DNA from: an uncultured Gammaproteobacteria bacterium
GTDB taxonomy: Bacteria > Pseudomonadota > Gammaproteobacteria > Pseudomonadales > Endozoicomonadaceae
Reading direction: 5' to 3'
Length of the DNA: 24,000 nt
Assembly (NCBI GenBank): GCA_929200395.1
Contig: CAKMZJ010000022.1
Span: forward strand, 1 to 24,000
The notes beneath the pieces were generated by a model. The model ran no database searches, was not told where the DNA came from, and worked only from the letters and a program-made list of their open reading frames with translations. The position numbers and the translations under genes are program-made. Positions 18,616-24,000 of the stretch are shown here, piece after piece; the stretch's first letter is position 1, and each line of letters starts with the position of its first letter.

Positions 18616-20190
18616 TTAGAATTTATCTGCACTAGCATATTGCCAGCATGCTTTGAATTGTTCAGGTACAGTTGCTTGCTTTAATAATGATGCGGTTTCG
18701 ATATAGTCATAAATTTGATCATAAGATTTAACTGTATTAGCATCGATGCGCTGAAAAACCATTTGTGGTTGCAGCTCACAAGCCGAGTTTAATCCCATAG
18801 CACCTATTATTTCTAAAAAGCTTTTTATAGTATTGTTGTGAAAGTTTTCTACTCTGTTTTTTTTATTATTTATATCTAATCCTCTTATTAAACGTTTATT
18901 TTGTGTAGCAACGCCAACAGGGCAAGTGTTTTTATTGCACTCTCTTGATTGTATACATCCTAAAGCCATCATCATTGCTCGGGCTGAATTACAAAGATCA
19001 GCCCCTAGCGCTATATAACGTATCATATCAAATCCAGTAGCGATTTTACCACTACAGATAATTTTAATTTTATCTCTTAATCCAAAGCCAACTAAACTAT
19101 TATGTACAAAAATAAGCCCATCTTTTAAAGCTGTACCTATATGATTAGAGTATTCCATAGGTGCTGCTCCAGTACCACCTTCAGCACCATCAATAGTAAT
19201 GAAATCGGGGTAGATTTCTGTTTTTATTATTGCTTTACAAATAGCAATAAAGTCAGATTTCTTACCAAGACATAGTTTAAAGCCAATGGGTTTATAGTTA
19301 GATAATTCACGTAATTTTTGTATAAACATACACATGCTTTCTGGAGAGTCAAAAGCACTATGAGATGCGGGAGATAATACATCTTTTCCTAAGGGAACTC
19401 CTCTTATTTTAGCAATTTCTGCGGTGAGTTTTTTTGCAGGCAATACACCTCCATGTGAAGGTTTTGCTCCTTGTGATAATTTAATTTCTATCATTTTAAT
19501 TGCATCAAGATTAGCCTTTTGCTGAAATAATTCTTCTGAAAAATTCCCTTCTGCGGTACGCACGCCAAAATATCCTGTACCTATTTGCATAATAATATCA
19601 CCACCTTGTTGGTGATAAGAGGTTAATCCGCCTTCGCCAGTATTATGTGCAAAGTTTCCTTGTTTAGCTCCTAAATTTAATGCAACAATTGCATTAGATG
19701 ATAACGAGCCATAACTCATAGCAGAGATATTTAGCATAGAAGCATTATATTTTTGCTTGCATTGATTTGAGCCTATAGTAACTCGAGCATCTGCACCTAT
19801 AGGTTTAGGAGCTAGGGAATGTAAGACCCATTCATAACCTTCTTCAGTAATAATAAATTTAGTACCAAAGCCAACGGTATCGTCTAAATTTTTAGATCTA
19901 GAATAGATAACATTACGTGTTTCACGGTTAAAAGGAGTTTCGCTTCTATTATTAGCAATAAAGTATTGCTGAATTTCTGGACGGAAAAATTCTAATATAA
20001 AACGCATATGACCTAGAACAGGATAATTTCTTAGAATAGAATGTTTTTTTTGAGTGAAGTCATGAAGGGTAATAAAAGTTAATACTCCGATGAATCCCCA
20101 AAACCATAAGATATTAGCATGCACAGATAATAAAAGTGCTAATATTGCTAATAGAACAACCCCAAACCCTAAATATAAATTGTGTCTCAT
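18616..20190 (-). CDS. FMN-binding glutamate synthase family protein (GltB central/FMN domain) with N-terminal TM segments
   Basis: N-terminal TM, then FGTKFIITEEGYEWVLHSLAP, MSYGSLSSNAIVALNLGAKQGNFAHNTGEGGLTSYHQQGGDIIMQIGTGYFGVR, LSQGAKPSHGGVLPAKKLT, DGAEGGTGAAPMEYSNHIG, CNKNTCPVGVATQNKRLIRGL. Confidence 0.93.
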   Translation of the reverse strand: MRHNLYLGFGVVLLAILALLLSVHANILWFWGFIGVLTFITLHDFTQKKHSILRNYPVLGHMRFILEFFRPEIQQYFIANNRSETPFNRETRNVIYSRSKNLDDTVGFGTKFIITEEGYEWVLHSLAPKPIGADARVTIGSNQCKQKYNASMLNISAMSYGSLSSNAIVALNLGAKQGNFAHNTGEGGLTSYHQQGGDIIMQIGTGYFGVRTAEGNFSEELFQQKANLDAIKMIEIKLSQGAKPSHGGVLPAKKLTAEIAKIRGVPLGKDVLSPASHSAFDSPESMCMFIQKLRELSNYKPIGFKLCLGKKSDFIAICKAIIKTEIYPDFITIDGAEGGTGAAPMEYSNHIGTALKDGLIFVHNSLVGFGLRDKIKIICSGKIATGFDMIRYIALGADLCNSARAMMMALGCIQSRECNKNTCPVGVATQNKRLIRGLDINNKKNRVENFHNNTIKSFLEIIGAMGLNSACELQPQMVFQRIDANTVKSYDQIYDYIETASLLKQATVPEQFKACWQYASADKF

Positions 20191-20272
20191 AACTAAATAC
20201 CTCCTTAAATTATTAAGTATATACTTAATAACTCAAATTACGCAGTAGAGAAAATTAGCCTATAATGAAGTA

Positions 20273-20416
20273 ATGAATATTGAAATAATTAATTTATACT
20301 CAGATTGCTTAATTTCTTCTTTTGGAAAAACAACAGCAACTAGTATCTCTGAATTATTAAATGGTGTATATGCCGTACAATATAACAGTTTAGCATATAT
20401 TATATCTTCCATTTAG
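20273..20416 (+). pseudogene. N-terminal remnant of a transposase (IS701-like/DDE type suspected)
   Basis: 47-aa ORF MNIEIINLYSDCLISSFGKTTATSISELLNGVYAVQYNSLAYIISSI; the part IINLYSDYLISSFGxTTATxLSELLNG matches the N-terminus I recall for these transposases, then diverges and stops. Confidence 0.5.
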
Positions 20417-20560
20417 CGGCACTAGCCATTAGATAAGTATTCTGTTCTAAATGCGTAATAAGATCTTTAGTTTGTACCTTGTAAATGATTTTTTTTCATT
20501 CACAAGCTATATAATAGAGGGTTAAATTTAATGTAATCAATATAATTTTATTATAATATG

Positions 20561-20577
20561 GGGAATTAAGAATTCCC
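20561..20577 (-). terminator. Possible terminator hairpin for the 20592-21833 gene
   Basis: Perfect inverted repeat GGGAATT-aag-AATTCCC just downstream of the minus-strand stop at 20592; followed by AT-rich sequence without a clean U tract. Confidence 0.4.
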
Positions 20578-20591
20578 TCCTTATTAATATT

Positions 20592-21833
20592 TTACAAGTT
20601 ACCTTCAATGTTATTTACTCTATAACATAACATAGTAGCTAAATCATAATCATTATATTGTAGCATATCATATGATATTAGTGCTTCCACATCAATAAAG
20701 TTTAGTATATTAATTTCTCTATGATATTCTCCATGTGTTATACGGAATACTCTTTCTCTCAAGCCACAGTTAATATCAAAAAATAATATTTCTACCGCGT
20801 CTACTTGTCGTGTTATTTTAAATGCGACCATATGACTTTCAGTGGTAAGTAGATATTTTTCTTGATGATTTATCGGGCTACTGTAATAAAATTGATGGCA
20901 TTGACGTTGTAAATATTGGGTAAGTGAATTTATAGAATGAAATGATAGATTATATTTAAGCATATCGGTATTCAAACTATGATCGCACACAGGAGGTAAA
21001 CCTCTACTAAAAAAAACGACTAGATTAATTGCATTACAGAGTTGTGTAAGCTCGCTACCAGTTTTATCCTTTAGTAAACTACATGGAAATATGTCTTTAA
21101 GTTGGATGCCTATATCTGATAATTTTGTATTTATGCTATAGTGTTTAATCTTACTTAAAGCATTATTAAAATAATCATCTAAACAAAATATATGTTTACT
21201 ATTTAGGTAATTTTTACATGCTATTAAATTTTCTATTGTCAAATTTTCGGTAAATAATTGTGTTTGTATGTTGAAAGTAGCAGCCAGCATTTTATTTATT
21301 TCAGAGTCAATTTGCTTATGGAGGTATTTTTGTTCATCAGAGCAAAAAAAGCTGGATGCTTTCTGTAAATTAAGTTCAAATAAGTTTAAAACATAAGAAA
21401 ATGACATATGCCTACAAAGCCAAGTATCTTCCTCCTTGATGTTAAAGTAAGTTTTTGTTTGATCAAGTTGGTTTTTAAGAGCATAGTAATTTAGTCTTAG
21501 AGTATCACATCTACTAGGGTTAGTTTCTTGTGAGATTTGATTAATCAAAAATTGCATTTTTTGCAGTATAATATTATATTCTTTAGAGTTTGTGAATGAA
21601 CCGTTATAATTAGTTGGGTTTGGGTTTGAAAAAAATGACAAAGTGTGAATAGTGGTTGTTCTATCAAGAATAAATTTCTCTAATTCCCGAAAATTACAAA
21701 ATACAGTGAATTCGTTATTAACCTGTACTTTATTCCCTATTTTATTCAGTGCAACTATTGACTCGATAGGTTTATCAATTTCGTATTTTATTGTTCTTGC
21801 AAAAGCATCTTGCTGTATAGTACTAAATTCCAT
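20592..21833 (-). CDS. Hypothetical 413-aa protein, possible cysteine-protease-like effector
   Basis: Long ORF; ESHMVAFKITRQVDAVEILFFDINCG resembles His/Asp segments of papain-like C58-type peptidases; candidate Cys in DTWLCRHMSFSYVLNLF. No family recognised with certainty. Confidence 0.75.
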   Translation of the reverse strand: MEFSTIQQDAFARTIKYEIDKPIESIVALNKIGNKVQVNNEFTVFCNFRELEKFILDRTTTIHTLSFFSNPNPTNYNGSFTNSKEYNIILQKMQFLINQISQETNPSRCDTLRLNYYALKNQLDQTKTYFNIKEEDTWLCRHMSFSYVLNLFELNLQKASSFFCSDEQKYLHKQIDSEINKMLAATFNIQTQLFTENLTIENLIACKNYLNSKHIFCLDDYFNNALSKIKHYSINTKLSDIGIQLKDIFPCSLLKDKTGSELTQLCNAINLVVFFSRGLPPVCDHSLNTDMLKYNLSFHSINSLTQYLQRQCHQFYYSSPINHQEKYLLTTESHMVAFKITRQVDAVEILFFDINCGLRERVFRITHGEYHREINILNFIDVEALISYDMLQYNDYDLATMLCYRVNNIEGNL

Positions 21834-21847
21834 TTCTTTACATCCTT

Positions 21848-21884
21848 ATTGAAATACTAAATCCTAATTGAAATACTAAATCCT
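21848..21884. repeat. Two-copy 19-nt direct repeat in the 5' leader of the 20592-21833 gene
   Basis: attgaaatactaaatccta attgaaatactaaatcct, directly adjacent copies. Confidence 0.85.
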
Positions 21885-22148
21885 TAATTTATTTATGTGT
21901 AATCAAGAAGTTGCGATTATACCACAAAAAACTATTTATATCAAGTGGTTTCTAATAAAATAGGCGATATTTTTAAAGAAGTTAGGTGGTGGTTAAAGTC
22001 ACTACTACGTGGGAATAGTTAATAAATCGCTTGATTTAGTCGACACCATGAATAATTGAGATTGATAACAGAACTTTTTGATAAAAAATTTGTCTAACTA
22101 CAAGAATAATAGTATTTTCAATAGCCAAACTTAAAAGAATAGCACACA

Positions 22149-22808
22149 ATGAATATTACACCGCTACATAATCCACTAATAAATAACTCTCAAGAAATCA
22201 ATAACCCAAATGTTGCTTCTAGATGGGGTAGTAAAATTACTAGAATAATAACACCTGAAAACTGTGTACGAATCACCGCAGATACTTTAATCACTGCCGG
22301 ATCTATAAGCTCATATATGTTTTTATCAGAACATTATCCTATTACTTCTCTAATATGCGTTGCTATATCTCCATTCGCTATAGATATTGCAGGTAGACTA
22401 ATAACTTGTATATATAGTAGTAATTTACCTGAAAACCAAGAAACTAGTGATAGATCAGCTAATTTAAATAATCAGCAAGTTAGAATAATCACACAAATAA
22501 TTAGAGGAAATCATGGATCATTTGCAACGAAGTCTAAGCTAAAAACTAGACAATTAAAAATAAGCTATAATGAATTAACAGAACTACCTAATAATTACCA
22601 TTATAATAACTCTAAAGTATGTAACATAACTCTAGAACCTTTAGAACAGGGCGATACTGTTTGCTGTGATACCCATCTTTATAGTTTTAAAGCATTAAAA
22701 TTATATTATGAAAAACATATGGGTAATTTAATTCCTCATAATCGTCAACCTCTAGACTGGAACAAAGTTTATCAATTATCAACATACGGTATTGCTCCAA
22801 CTAGTTAA
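22149..22808 (+). CDS. Membrane protein with U-box/RING-like C-terminal domain (putative E3 ligase effector)
   Basis: Two hydrophobic stretches (ITADTLITAGSISSYMFLS; ITSLICVAISPFAIDIAGRLITCIY) and VCNITLEPLEQGDTVCCDTHLYSFKALKLYYEKHMGNLIPHNRQPLDW, matching a U-box pattern (C-P-I-T-x-E-x...THxYxxxAL...P.xRxPL). Confidence 0.65.
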   Translation: MNITPLHNPLINNSQEINNPNVASRWGSKITRIITPENCVRITADTLITAGSISSYMFLSEHYPITSLICVAISPFAIDIAGRLITCIYSSNLPENQETSDRSANLNNQQVRIITQIIRGNHGSFATKSKLKTRQLKISYNELTELPNNYHYNNSKVCNITLEPLEQGDTVCCDTHLYSFKALKLYYEKHMGNLIPHNRQPLDWNKVYQLSTYGIAPTS

Positions 22809-23107
22809 CCTTAAAGTATTAGTAGTACTGCTAATAACTTCCTATTACATTTAGTAATCTAAGGCACGTTATAATTTTAATAACATGTACTTTCAGTAAT
22901 TGATTATATTTTTAGTATGTTTAATTATTTTATGTTTTTTATAAAAAAGGAATAAATTTAATATGTAACCTTGCTTTAAATACACGATATAACCTATAGC
23001 ATAAATTTTTATGTAGCTAAATACTAATTAGAGTGTGCTTTTCCCATTAAATAACGATTCTAGAGAGTTTTAAATAATAAGTAAAAAATTATAAAAAAGG
23101 ATTTTAG

Positions 23108-23755
23108 GTGGATGATATGGCAAGGTCAATAAGTAACTTTATTAATATTGAAGATAATATAAAGAATAAATCAGTAGAACCACAAAAAAAAACAGGTGCT
23201 TTCAATCGCAGGAAGGTCAATTTACAAAAAACTGATGCTAATTCTACACATGTAGCTAATAACCAGCAAAAACTTAAGACTAATGCAAGAAGCAAAGCTG
23301 TAGATTATGATGTTAAAAGTGTAGCTGGTCTTAATAAAAATTTTAAAGCTAAATTAGAAACCACTCTAGCAACTAAACCTAAAAAGACAGGTATGATTTC
23401 TCCTAAAAAAAATCAAGAGGCAATGTCTAATAATGCACATTTACAAACCGAAAATAAAACTACTAGCAAGCAGCAGGATGTAGCTCTCCAGCCTACAATT
23501 ACAAATACTTCAGAAGCTGGTGGGCAAACAAAAATACCAACAGCACCACCGGTTCCTCCTGTGGCAGAACATAAAAATAATAAATCTCTAAAAACTAATG
23601 TTAATTATCAAAGACAGAACAATTGGGATGAAATTCCAGTACCAGAACAAGAAAGATCAAGCCAGGGTACAAAAACTACTACTCCCAAAACTACACAATC
23701 ACAAAATATGCTAGATGAGCTATCCAAGGTTTTAGAAAAAAGAAAAAAATCTTAA
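23108..23755 (+). CDS. Hypothetical disordered Lys/Asn/Thr-rich protein with proline-rich PTAPPVPP motif
   Basis: GTG start at 23108 with aaaaaagga RBS; low-complexity sequence; KIPTAPPVPPVAEHK; C-terminus MLDELSKVLEKRKKS. Confidence 0.65.
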   Translation: MDDMARSISNFINIEDNIKNKSVEPQKKTGAFNRRKVNLQKTDANSTHVANNQQKLKTNARSKAVDYDVKSVAGLNKNFKAKLETTLATKPKKTGMISPKKNQEAMSNNAHLQTENKTTSKQQDVALQPTITNTSEAGGQTKIPTAPPVPPVAEHKNNKSLKTNVNYQRQNNWDEIPVPEQERSSQGTKTTTPKTTQSQNMLDELSKVLEKRKKS

Positions 23756-23855
23756 AATATAATTTTCTAGCAAATAATCTAAATTGTTGTACTTATTAGA
23801 TAGGGCTGGAGATCCCGTTCTTTAATAATTGTAGGGAGTCTCTAGCTGGATATGG

Positions 23856-23999
23856 TTATTTATCATTTAGCTTGTTATCTATTTCTAAATTAATAGGTGT
23901 TATTTTAATTAATAACCCAAGGATCGGGCTATCTATATACATTAAATTTCCAGAAGTCTTTATACTGTTTTGTGCTTCATAACTAAAGTAGTTATATAG
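23856..23999 (-). CDS. Partial 3' end of an ORF running off the window
   Basis: Open frame on minus strand from the window edge: ...LYNYFSYEAQNSIKTSGNLMYIDSPILGLLIKITPINLEIDNKLNDK*; truncated, so absent from the ORF track. Confidence 0.35.
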   Translation of the reverse strand, partial: LYNYFSYEAQNSIKTSGNLMYIDSPILGLLIKITPINLEIDNKLNDK

Positions 24000-24000
24000 T

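Noticed and set aside
18616-20190. Annotating this as the large subunit of glutamate synthase (gltB)
   Set aside because: Only the FMN-binding central domain is present, with an N-terminal TM segment; it fits the short FMN-binding glutamate synthase family rather than full GltB.
22861-22890. GTTAT...ATAAC inverted repeat as a terminator for the U-box-like gene
   Set aside because: Stem of only 5 A/T-rich pairs with no T tract; expected by chance in such AT-rich DNA.
23800-23850. gagatccc...gggagtctc as a hairpin
   Set aside because: Pairing is interrupted by an unmatched base and the loop is long; insufficient to call a terminator.
1-24000. CRISPR arrays, tRNA or rRNA genes
   Set aside because: No regularly spaced repeats, no recognisable T-loop GGTTCGAATCC-type or rRNA core sequences seen on either strand.

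Overview
Strongly AT-rich bacterial window, probably chromosomal DNA of a host-associated or intracellular gammaproteobacterium; this is inferred from FabY, SecB and the density of eukaryote-like proteins. The left part holds mostly housekeeping genes: a ComEA-like HhH protein, a membrane rhodanese (YibN-like) followed by secB, and thiS-thiG-thiH. A GlxA/AraC-type regulator is divergent from a fabY-type ketoacyl-ACP synthase. An FMN-binding glutamate-synthase-family protein lies further right. Between and after these is an accessory region of eukaryote-like or effector-like genes: an F-box protein, two paralogous RING + TRAF-type zinc-finger proteins, a tyrosine-phosphatase-fold protein whose active-site motif is degenerate (NCNLGVIKTG instead of HCxxGxxRTG), and a secreted RG/GG-rich protein with an RVKR site, many N-x-S/T sequons and a C-terminal hydrophobic tail. 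It also contains a propeller-like repeat protein, an orphan 413-aa protein with a possible Cys/His/Asp protease arrangement, a two-TM protein with a U-box-like C-terminus, and a disordered protein with a PTAPPVPP motif. The most notable signal is the clustering of several ubiquitin-pathway mimics (F-box, RING-TRAF x2, U-box-like) with a predicted pseudophosphatase. Short dispersed repeats and a decayed transposase fragment are also present. No tRNA, rRNA or CRISPR array was recognised. All family assignments come from reading motifs; no search was run.
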